Below, piece after piece: positions 1-6,873 of a stretch of 13,514 nucleotides of DNA. A program made the translations under genes and the position numbers. Where the stretch lies: contig JBHGBC010000165.1 of assembly GCA_041946805.1 (NCBI GenBank), positions 1 to 13,514 of the forward strand. Reading direction: 5' to 3'. Under the pieces are notes generated by a model. The model did not search any database and was not told the origin of the DNA. It worked only from the letters and a program-made list of their open reading frames with translations. The stretch is from a bacterium (lineage in GTDB: Bacteria > Hinthialibacterota > Hinthialibacteria > Hinthialibacterales > Hinthialibacteraceae). Position 1 is the first letter of the stretch. Every line of letters starts with the position of its first letter.

Positions 1-47
1 AATCCCTTGATTTTATGCACCCGGTTGAGGATAGTTTGCAGCAGCAT
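1..47 (-). CDS. ISL3-family transposase, N-terminal fragment (truncated by window edge)
   Basis: ATG at 47, preceded by purine-rich AAAGGGGAAAAAGG, translates MLLQTILNRVHKIKG(F/L). I recall this as resembling the M-x-L-x-TILNRV-x-K-x-K-x-F N-terminus of one ISL3 transposase subgroup. Only 15 full codons are visible. Confidence 0.7.
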   Translation of the reverse strand, partial: MLLQTILNRVHKIKG

Positions 48-192
48 CCTTTTTCCCCTTTCGCCGATGGATTCTTTGATCAGGTTTCCATCTGATTGTA
101 GGAAAAAGGATGCGCTGGTTTTAGGCCTCCCTTACTTTCATTTTCATCAGGAGTTTTTAGGCTTTTTGACCCACGGATTTTTCAAGAGAACC
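1..192 (-). mobile_element. ISL3-family insertion sequence, left end (element continues beyond the window start)
   Basis: Minus strand from 192 reads GGTTCTCTTGAAAAATCCGTGGGTC, matching the GG(C/T)TCT...GTGGGT style of ISL3 terminal IRs. A transposase-like N-terminus starts 145 nt inside. The flank 193-200 (AAAGGTAT) is AT-rich, consistent with the 8-bp AT-rich target duplication typical of ISL3. The other end is not visible. Confidence 0.75.
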
Positions 193-294
193 AAAGGTAT
201 TTTGACTGATCGGGACTGTAGATTTGTTAATCGTGGTATGGATGAACAGTCTCGTAGATTACGATGCCATAGGCTTTCCCGCCGAGGATTCTCT

Positions 295-343
295 GCCGTA
301 GGTTAAAACCTACGGCTACTCAAATGGATCCCCTACGGGGATT
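295..343 (-). repeat. GTAG-type REP-like element, family A (main hairpin plus second small hairpin)
   Basis: GCCGTAGGT-TAAA-ACCTACGGC perfect hairpin followed by TAC (minus strand begins GTAG), then ATCCCC-TAC-GGGGAT. Positions 295-322 are identical to 8799-8826 (28 bp). Confidence 0.85.
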
Positions 344-447
344 AGAGAGTGGCCCCCTTGTCTCATCATTAATCCATGGAGTGATGGAGGCGTTTTAGGG
401 CATGACTTTGTTATCAGCGTTCGGTCTTGATATCAAATAATCCCCCC

Positions 448-1413
448 TCACGCGAACGCCAGGCCCAGGTCCTTGCCCACCGCGCGGACGTGATCGGCGG
501 CCAGGCGGTAATCCTCAGCCGTGCTGAGATGCTCCAACATAACGGGAACGTCGGGCAGGCGGCTGACCTCGGTCAGGAAGGCCTTGTAGTCCAGGTTGCC
601 CAGCCCCGGGCGGACTTCGTCGAGGTGAACCGTGAAGCGCTGGTCCATGAGAATGTCCTTGGCATGGCAGCTGCGGATATACGGCCCGAGTTTCTCGAAG
701 CACTCGCGGATCATCGCGCCGTTGGTGTAATACCGCTGTGGGCTGCAGATCAGGTTGGCGGGATCGAAATGCACGGCGAAGGCCTTGCGGTCGATGGCCT
801 GCATCAGGCGCACATACGACTCGACCGAGTCCGGATACGCCCAGGGCATGGTTTCCAAGGTGTAGAACGTGCGTTGAGGTTTGACCGCGTCGATGATCTT
901 CCGGGTGGTCTCCACGACGAGGTCGAAGGCCGCCTCGGTCAGGTTGTCCGGATGGTGGCCGTCCCATTTTTCGCCCAGCGAACCGCTGATGTTCACGCTG
1001 CAGCGCGCCCCGATGCGTTCGGCCAGCGCGAGCTGCGTCTGGCACAAGGCAAGGGCCTTCTTACGCTTCTCCTCGTCCCGGTCGATGGGATTGCTCCACG
1101 CCCCCACTTCGGCGATGAGGATCCCCGCGTCCTTGGCGGCCTTTTCGTAGGCCTTGACCGTGCCGTCGTCCGCGTCCGCGCCCACCGGGCAGTAGGCCGC
1201 GCTGAAGCCGAGTTTCTTGACCTGGGCCACCCATTCCTCGGGCGACGCGTATTTCTCCATCACCGGACCGCCGAGGCGGATGGGGTATTCCCCCCGCTCC
1301 GAGGCCGTGGTCTTCCGGCCGCTCCAAGCGCCGCCGAGCGCGATTCCCGCGGCGGCCAGGCGGGTGAAATCCCGCCGCGTGATGGCTTGGTTTTCAGGAT
1401 GGTTCGGTATCAT
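448..1413 (-). CDS. Sugar phosphate isomerase/epimerase (xylose isomerase-like / AP endonuclease 2 TIM barrel) with twin-arginine signal peptide
   Basis: Metal-site motifs TLETMPW, HFDPAN, CHAKD and MLEH; N-terminal TRRDF plus hydrophobic stretch. Start placed at 1413 because AAAGGGA precedes it; ATG 1428 is the alternative. Confidence 0.9.
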   Translation of the reverse strand: MIPNHPENQAITRRDFTRLAAAGIALGGAWSGRKTTASERGEYPIRLGGPVMEKYASPEEWVAQVKKLGFSAAYCPVGADADDGTVKAYEKAAKDAGILIAEVGAWSNPIDRDEEKRKKALALCQTQLALAERIGARCSVNISGSLGEKWDGHHPDNLTEAAFDLVVETTRKIIDAVKPQRTFYTLETMPWAYPDSVESYVRLMQAIDRKAFAVHFDPANLICSPQRYYTNGAMIRECFEKLGPYIRSCHAKDILMDQRFTVHLDEVRPGLGNLDYKAFLTEVSRLPDVPVMLEHLSTAEDYRLAADHVRAVGKDLGLAFA

Positions 1414-1537
1414 GATCGTCCCTTTCATGGTTTTCGCTGGGATGAAGGCTTCCTTACAATATCCAAATCATGATGTGAACTATCACAACCGGGGGAACAA
1501 TTCCAGGGCCGTCCCGGCCGGACCTGCCGAATAACCC

Positions 1538-2509
1538 TCACTCGAAATATTCAATGGTCCGGTGGAGAACGCGGACAGGGGTTTTGTAGCGTTCATTCTC
1601 CCGCGCCGACCAATCCTTCCGTTGGATCCAGTTACCGCGGTGGTCGTACTCGTAGTCATACATTTCGCGGGAGATGAAATGGTTGTCGATACCATAAACT
1701 CTCAAATCGGCGAGGCGGCCGTGCGCGTCGTAGGCGTAGGCGCGCAGCATTTCGAGGCCGCGCGCCTTCGTGTAGGCGCGCACTTCGGCCACCCGGCCGG
1801 CGCCGTCGTAGGCATGCAGCCAATAAGCCGCCACTTCGCCATCCTGGTTGAGGAGAAAGGAACGGACCGGCCGGCCTTGATCGTCGTACTGATGCTGTTC
1901 GCGGATGAGCACTTCGCCTTGCGCGTTGGAATCCACGTATTCGGCGGGACGGCCCTGTTCGTCGTACTGATAAATCCGTTTGCGTTTCAAGCCCTTCGCG
2001 TCCGACTCGTGTTCCTCGGCGCGAGTCCCGTTTTCGTTGTAAACGTACTGTTCCGAGAGCCGCGGCGCGCCGTCCGCGCCGCAGGTGTCTTTTTGGATCA
2101 CCCGGCCCGCGTCGTCATACCGGTATTCCACCTTCTCCAGCAGCCGGCCATCGGCCAGATACTTGAATTCGCTGGAGACACGGCCGTCCGCGCCGGTTTC
2201 CCGGTAAAACCGGGCGGTAACCAGGTCCGTGCCGGAGTAATCCACCCGTTCGGTCATGATTCCCTCCCGGGAAAAAGTGCAATCAGAGACCGGAGAGGCA
2301 ACGCCTTCCCGCCACTCTTTCCCTTCCTGACTATACCAGGATTCCTCCAGGCGCACGGTTTTGACCGGGCCGGACAGATCGGCCAGATCCCGGTGCGCCA
2401 GGCGGTCCGGATCGGCCGGGGCGGGGAGTATCAAAAGCAGAAAAGAGCCCGCCGAATAGATCCACAATCCCAGCGATGCCGGTTTGATAAACGCATTGAA
2501 AATCGCCAT
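1538..2509 (-). CDS. Secreted YD/RHS-repeat protein (short, no toxin tip)
   Basis: About 7 repeats of the YxYDxxGR type (YRYDDAGR, YVYNENGT, YQYDEQGR, HQYDDQGR, HAYDGAGR, YAYDAHGR, YEYDHRGNW). Hydrophobic N-terminal signal ending PAPA-D, then LSGPVKTV. ATG 2509 preferred over the TTG at 2587. Confidence 0.85.
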   Translation of the reverse strand: MAIFNAFIKPASLGLWIYSAGSFLLLILPAPADPDRLAHRDLADLSGPVKTVRLEESWYSQEGKEWREGVASPVSDCTFSREGIMTERVDYSGTDLVTARFYRETGADGRVSSEFKYLADGRLLEKVEYRYDDAGRVIQKDTCGADGAPRLSEQYVYNENGTRAEEHESDAKGLKRKRIYQYDEQGRPAEYVDSNAQGEVLIREQHQYDDQGRPVRSFLLNQDGEVAAYWLHAYDGAGRVAEVRAYTKARGLEMLRAYAYDAHGRLADLRVYGIDNHFISREMYDYEYDHRGNWIQRKDWSARENERYKTPVRVLHRTIEYFE

Positions 2510-2610
2510 ATTTTTTTTTCCCAATCCTTGAAGCACGAATAATCTTCGGTATCCCTGAGCAAGGAGTATAAAAAAAACCAAATACAATCCCCATGGATGG
2601 TTCCAGGTAT

Positions 2611-2647
2611 CGTTGGTGGATTTCGCCGCGCTTTACGCCCACTCTAC
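2611..2647 (-). repeat. GTAG-type REP-like element, family B (degenerate)
   Basis: CGTTGGTGGATTTCGCCGCGC...CCACTCTAC closely parallels 2851-2885 and ends in CTAC. Confidence 0.65.
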
Positions 2648-2651
2648 TGGT

Positions 2652-2693
2652 TGTCTGAATCAGGATAGTCAGGATTTACAGGATGACCAGGAT
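2652..2693 (+). repeat. 9-nt-period CAGGATnnn array headed by TGTCTGAAT
   Basis: CAGGAT at 2661, 2670, 2679 and 2688. The 15-bp head TGTCTGAATCAGGAT is identical to 8070-8084. Confidence 0.85.
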
Positions 2694-2694
2694 C

Positions 2695-2727
2695 GATGGG
2701 TTGCGCGCCGGACGCAATCCATTCTAC
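2695..2727 (-). repeat. GTAG-type REP-like hairpin, family B
   Basis: ATGGGTTGCG / CGCAATCCAT 10-bp stem (one non-Watson-Crick pair) followed by TCTAC. Confidence 0.75.
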
Positions 2728-2779
2728 AGCACAACTAAATAGAAATCAGGGAGAAGCGTAAAGCCGAGGGTTGTGGATA

Positions 2780-2827
2780 CTCCGGGTTGAAATTCCGGGC
2801 TGCCGCAGGCGGCCCCTTGAAAGGGGC
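2780..2827 (-). repeat. REP-like element, family A (degenerate) with second hairpin
   Basis: CTCCGGGTTGAAATTCCGGGCT aligns without gaps to the 22-nt family A core and is followed by the hairpin GCCCCTT-GA-AAGGGGC (2812-2827). Confidence 0.65.
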
Positions 2828-2850
2828 ACGGAAGAAAGCGGGCAGAGTCA

Positions 2851-2885
2851 CGTTGGCGGACTTGGCCGCGCGCGATCCACCCTAC
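2851..2885 (-). repeat. GTAG-type REP-like element, family B
   Basis: GGCGGA...TCCACC imperfect stem followed by CTAC; the minus strand reads GTAGGGTGGATCGCGCGC. Confidence 0.7.
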
Positions 2886-2900
2886 AGGTTTGGAGTGTCT

Positions 2901-2928
2901 CTGCAATAAGGGGATAAACGAGTATAGT
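2901..2928 (+). promoter_or_regulatory. Candidate sigma70-type promoter for dnaG
   Basis: CTGCAA (2901-2906), 16-nt spacer, TATAGT (2923-2928), 43 nt upstream of the ATG. GGAG SD at 2961-2964. Confidence 0.4.
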
Positions 2929-2971
2929 AAGGCAGCCTTGGGGCTTTATCCACGGACCATGGAGTTGAGGG

Positions 2972-4834
2972 ATGGCGGGCATCGACCGGGTCAAGGAACA
3001 GATCCTCGAGAAAGCGGATATCGCCGAAATCATTTCGCAATACGTCCACCTGCAGCCGAAGAGCGGGCGGTTGTTCGGGCTGTGTCCGTTTCACAAGGAA
3101 AAGACTCCTTCGTTCACGGTGAATCCGGAGCGTGGATTTTTTCATTGCTTCGGGTGCGGCAAGGGAGGGAACGTCATTGACTTCGTCATGGAGATGGAAA
3201 CCATAACCTATGCCGAAGCCCGGCGTCATCTCGCCGGACGGCTGGGCATCCCCATCCCGAAAACCGCCGGTCTCAAACGGGAACATGAGGAAATCGACCG
3301 CTACCAAGTGATGGACCTGGCGGCCAATTTCTACGCCAAGCGGTTGCATTCCGCCTCCAAGGCGTTGGAGTATCTTCAATCCCGCGGGTTGAAAAAAGAG
3401 GATATCCAGCGGTTCGGATTGGGATACGCGCCCCCCGAGTGGGACACGCTGTACCAGGCCTTGAAGCAGCGCGGCGTGCCCGAGGCGGTGCAAGTCGAAC
3501 TGGGACTGGTGATACCCCGCAAGGAACGCGCCGGGTGCCTGGACCGGTTCCGCGACCGGATCCAATTTCCCATCCGCAACACGCTGGGACGGGTGATCGC
3601 CTTCGGAGGCCGGGCGCTCGATCCCAAGGAGCCGGCCAAATACCTGAACAGCAACGACACGCCCTTGTTCAATAAGTCCAAAGTGCTGTACCTGCTCGAC
3701 CAGGCCAAGGAATCGGTGAAAGAGCGGGGGGCGGTGCTGGTCGAGGGCTACATGGACGCCATATCGCTGCATACGCGCGGATTCCAGCAAACCGTGGCGA
3801 CCCTGGGGACCGCGCTGACCAAGGACCATCTCGCGATTCTACGGCGGTACACGAAAACGTTCACCTTGCTCTACGACGGCGACGAGGCGGGCATCCGGGC
3901 GGCCATGCGGGGGGTGGAGTTGTTTTTGCAATCCAGCCTGGCGGCGCGGGTCGTGCTGCTTCCCGAAGGCCAGGATCCAGACGATTTCGTCAAGACGCAG
4001 GGAGCGGAAGCGCTGCAAGAATTGTTGGACTCGGCCATGGAGGGATTCGACTTTTACCTGCGGCGGATCCTTCTGCGGCACGATCCAACCACCACGCAGG
4101 GAAAATTGGACATTGTGGAGGCCATGATCCCGGTGCTGGCCGGTGTGAAGGAGGCGTACATCCGCTCGGATTACATCCGGCAGCTGGCGCTGCGCGTGGG
4201 CAGCGGCGTGTCCCAACTGGAAGCCAGCGTGCAAAAGAAACTGGCGGCCTCCGCTTCGGCCTCGTCTCCGGCGGCCAAAACCACCCTGACGGTGGTCAAG
4301 AATAGCCAGCCGGCGGATCCGCTGGCCGCGGCCAAGGAAGCCTTGATCCGCCTGCTGGCGTATCATTTTGGATTTATCACGCCCGAGGGCATGATTGGCC
4401 GCTCCCGTGTCACCTTGTTCACGGCTGAACAGTTGACTGAGTGGCTGCCCGCGCGGTCGCGGGAACTGCACGAGCAATCCCCTGTGGATCAAATCCTTGA
4501 AAAAATCCTCCAATGCCGGGACAATTCCCTGGCGGCGAATCCGGCCGCCCGGATGGAAATCCTGTTTCCGGAGGTGGAAGAACGCCGGCGGTTCATTGCC
4601 ATCCTCGAGGCCGAGCCGCTTCCCCAGAACGAGGACGATCTCCGGAAAATGCATTCAAGACTCATGCAGGAAATTCAAGAAGAGATTGAACTGCGGCAGC
4701 AACGGAAGATTGTCCAAAACGGCGGCGAGGATCCCCTCAAGACTTTACAGGCCTTGAACGATCTGTTGTTCAACAGCCGCGAAATGAAACAATCCAGTTC
4801 GAACAACGAAAAATCTGACGAAAAGGAGCCGTAG
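2972..4834 (+). CDS. dnaG: DNA primase
   Basis: CHC2 zinc finger CPFH...CFGC, RFRDRIQFPI, FGGR, KYLNS, TOPRIM motifs VEGYMD and YDGDEAG, DPDDF; 620 aa. Confidence 0.98.
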   Translation: MAGIDRVKEQILEKADIAEIISQYVHLQPKSGRLFGLCPFHKEKTPSFTVNPERGFFHCFGCGKGGNVIDFVMEMETITYAEARRHLAGRLGIPIPKTAGLKREHEEIDRYQVMDLAANFYAKRLHSASKALEYLQSRGLKKEDIQRFGLGYAPPEWDTLYQALKQRGVPEAVQVELGLVIPRKERAGCLDRFRDRIQFPIRNTLGRVIAFGGRALDPKEPAKYLNSNDTPLFNKSKVLYLLDQAKESVKERGAVLVEGYMDAISLHTRGFQQTVATLGTALTKDHLAILRRYTKTFTLLYDGDEAGIRAAMRGVELFLQSSLAARVVLLPEGQDPDDFVKTQGAEALQELLDSAMEGFDFYLRRILLRHDPTTTQGKLDIVEAMIPVLAGVKEAYIRSDYIRQLALRVGSGVSQLEASVQKKLAASASASSPAAKTTLTVVKNSQPADPLAAAKEALIRLLAYHFGFITPEGMIGRSRVTLFTAEQLTEWLPARSRELHEQSPVDQILEKILQCRDNSLAANPAARMEILFPEVEERRRFIAILEAEPLPQNEDDLRKMHSRLMQEIQEEIELRQQRKIVQNGGEDPLKTLQALNDLLFNSREMKQSSSNNEKSDEKEP

Positions 4835-4839
4835 AAATC

Positions 4840-6813
4840 TTGTACGCGTTACTCAATCCCCTGGTTCAAGCCATCGACGCCGGCCGGATTTTGGAGCATA
4901 CGAAGGCAATCGTGGAGAAGAATCGTGTTCCCGATTTTCGCCATTTTGCCGAGGCGGCCGGATACGCCGAAACCGTGTTGCGGGACCTGGGCCTCGAAGT
5001 GGACCGTCTGGAGATTCCCGCCGACGGCGAGACGCGCCTGGGCGACGCCGTGATGCCGCTGGCCTGGGAATGCACAGAGGCATCGGTCGAGGTGGTTTTC
5101 CCCACGGAGAAGACATTGGCCACCCTGGCGGATTCGCCCTGGTGCGTGGGGATGTGGTCGCCGCCCACGCCCGAGGAAGGTCTCGAGGCGGAAGTGGTGT
5201 TTCTCAACGAGGGAGTTCCCAGTGAATTGACCTCGCAGGATGTCCAAGGGAAATGGATCTACACACCGGGCCGGTTGGACGCCATCCGCGAAACGGCGGC
5301 GCGGCTGGAAGCGGCGGGCGTGATCAGCAGTTGGCTGCCCAACAAGGACAACGGCACGGATGCGCAGTGGATCCAGCGCAACACCAACACGCCGGGCGGC
5401 TGGGGCACGAAAAAAGACGAACCGGCCTTGGTGGCCCTGGCGTTGTCTCCCCAGGACGGGGCCGCTTTGGTGCAATGGGCGGCGGAAGGGCCGGTGCGGT
5501 TGCGGGTGAAGGTGAAATCCCGGTTGTACGCGGGGACGCTCCCCCTGGTCACGGCGCTGCTGCCGGGCGAATCCGGTGAAGAGGAAGTGCTGCTTTCCGC
5601 GCCGTTGTATGGGCCCGGCGCGAACTACCACGCCAGCAACGCCGCCGTATTGCTCGAAGCGGCGCGGGTGTTGAAGGATTTGGTCGAATCGGGAACGTTC
5701 CCCAAGCCGTTGCGGGGCATCCGGCTGCTCCTGACGCCGAAGCTCTACGGCCCGCTGGCGTTCGCCAAGCAGCGGAACGAATACGCCAAACGCGCCCGGT
5801 ATGCCTTGTACATCGACGCGGGCGCCGGGAATCCCGATTCGGCCTGGTGCCGGTGGCAATACCGGATGACACCCGTCACCCAGCGGCATTTCGCGGACGG
5901 GCTGGCCTGGAATGTGTTCAAACTCTATCTGCAGGCGTGGCGGCCGCAACGCTACCTCGAAATCCGGCCGTTCGCGCTGACCGGCGATACGGTTTTCAAC
6001 GATCCGCAAATCGGCATCCCCACCCACTGGCTCTATAGCGGCACGGAAAGGGAATGCCGTAACACCAGCGGGGACACGCTTGAAACCGTGGACCGCCGCT
6101 CATGCATCGACCTCGCGGCGCCCGCCGCGGCGGTGGTGTTCACCATGGCGTCGATCGGCACGGCGGATATCCCCGACCTGGCGTTTTGGAATTTCAACCT
6201 GGCGCAGGACCGGCTGCGCGAGGATGTCCAGGTGTATCTGGACCGCGCCAAGGAAGCCCGCCATATCACGGACCTGAACGAGTTGCTGGGCGAGGCCTCC
6301 CGCCATATACCCGGCCGGGTACAAATGGAGACCCGCATCCTCGAATCGTTGGCGGGATTGGGCGAGGGGGCGGAGCAGACGCTGGAATGGGAAAGCGTGC
6401 GTGAGGCCATCGCGGCCCTCAAGGACCTGGAGAAAGCGGCGATGTCCCTGCTGCGGGCTTATTTGAACGTCCAGGCCGATCAATTGGGCGTCCCGCTGAC
6501 CAAACTGGAAGTGGCGGCGGAAGGAGTGGAAGACCAGCGGATCCCCACGCGCGTGGGCGAGGCGGTTGGGACGATCACCCTGGACAGCCTGCCGCTGGAC
6601 CACTGGACCACGCCGGTCAAGGATTCCCCCCGCCACAACGTGCCGTTCATCCTGGCGTGGTGGCTGGCGGACGGCAAGCGGACCATCGGGGAGATCCAAC
6701 GGCTGCTGCATTATGAAATCGCGCGCTACCGGGAGTGCATCCCGGCCTGGTTCACGTTTTTGGAGAAGAACGGTTACGTAACTCTTCAGGGTAGTGAAGA
6801 AAAACCGGCGTAA
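4840..6813 (+). CDS. M28 aminopeptidase / DUF4910-like protein with PA-like insert and probable C-terminal winged helix; likely catalytically inactive
   Basis: Ordered M28-type scaffold motifs LPGESGEEEVLLSA, GANxxAS, RGIRLL, LYIDA, FNDPQIGIP and TSGDT. C-terminal WWLADGKRTIGEI resembles DUF4910-type HTH tails. TTG start 5 nt after the dnaG stop, with AAGGAG at 4823-4828. Confidence 0.8.
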   Translation: MYALLNPLVQAIDAGRILEHTKAIVEKNRVPDFRHFAEAAGYAETVLRDLGLEVDRLEIPADGETRLGDAVMPLAWECTEASVEVVFPTEKTLATLADSPWCVGMWSPPTPEEGLEAEVVFLNEGVPSELTSQDVQGKWIYTPGRLDAIRETAARLEAAGVISSWLPNKDNGTDAQWIQRNTNTPGGWGTKKDEPALVALALSPQDGAALVQWAAEGPVRLRVKVKSRLYAGTLPLVTALLPGESGEEEVLLSAPLYGPGANYHASNAAVLLEAARVLKDLVESGTFPKPLRGIRLLLTPKLYGPLAFAKQRNEYAKRARYALYIDAGAGNPDSAWCRWQYRMTPVTQRHFADGLAWNVFKLYLQAWRPQRYLEIRPFALTGDTVFNDPQIGIPTHWLYSGTERECRNTSGDTLETVDRRSCIDLAAPAAAVVFTMASIGTADIPDLAFWNFNLAQDRLREDVQVYLDRAKEARHITDLNELLGEASRHIPGRVQMETRILESLAGLGEGAEQTLEWESVREAIAALKDLEKAAMSLLRAYLNVQADQLGVPLTKLEVAAEGVEDQRIPTRVGEAVGTITLDSLPLDHWTTPVKDSPRHNVPFILAWWLADGKRTIGEIQRLLHYEIARYRECIPAWFTFLEKNGYVTLQGSEEKPA

Positions 6814-6823
6814 ACAGGCCGGA

Positions 6824-6854
6824 TTTCACCGCCGAGACGCGGAGGGCGCGGCAG
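6824..6854 (+). repeat. Short CGC(C/G)GAG tandem element (CACCGCnGAGACGCnGAG type)
   Basis: TTTCAC-CGCCGAG-A-CGCGGAG-GG-CGCGGCAG, three units 8-9 nt apart, filling the convergent gap. Single copy in this window; family recognised from memory. Confidence 0.55.
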
Positions 6855-6873
6855 ATAAAAAATCATCCGCCTT

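Noticed and set aside
250..288. Possible degenerate inverted partner of the family A REP (GCCATAGGCTTT at 266-277)
   Set aside because: Only a 10/12 match to one arm and no intact stem. If real it would make a REPIN-like pair and weaken the polarity finding.
7..306. 99-aa plus-strand ORF
   Set aside because: Runs antisense across the IS end and into a REP hairpin; no recognisable motifs.
1538..2509. Rhs polymorphic toxin interpretation
   Set aside because: Too short; no RHS core/DPxG cleavage motif, toxin domain or immunity gene.
427..2542. Long plus-strand ORFs 427-1473 and 1562-2542
   Set aside because: Antisense shadows of clearly recognisable minus-strand genes, expected with high-GC codon bias.
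2652..2693. CRISPR-like reading of the CAGGAT arrays or REP clusters
   Set aside because: Units are 6 nt with 3-nt spacers or are irregularly spaced; no 23-47-nt repeats with regular spacers and no cas genes.
2882..6711. Long minus-strand ORFs opposite dnaG and the peptidase homologue
   Set aside because: Antisense shadows without motifs.
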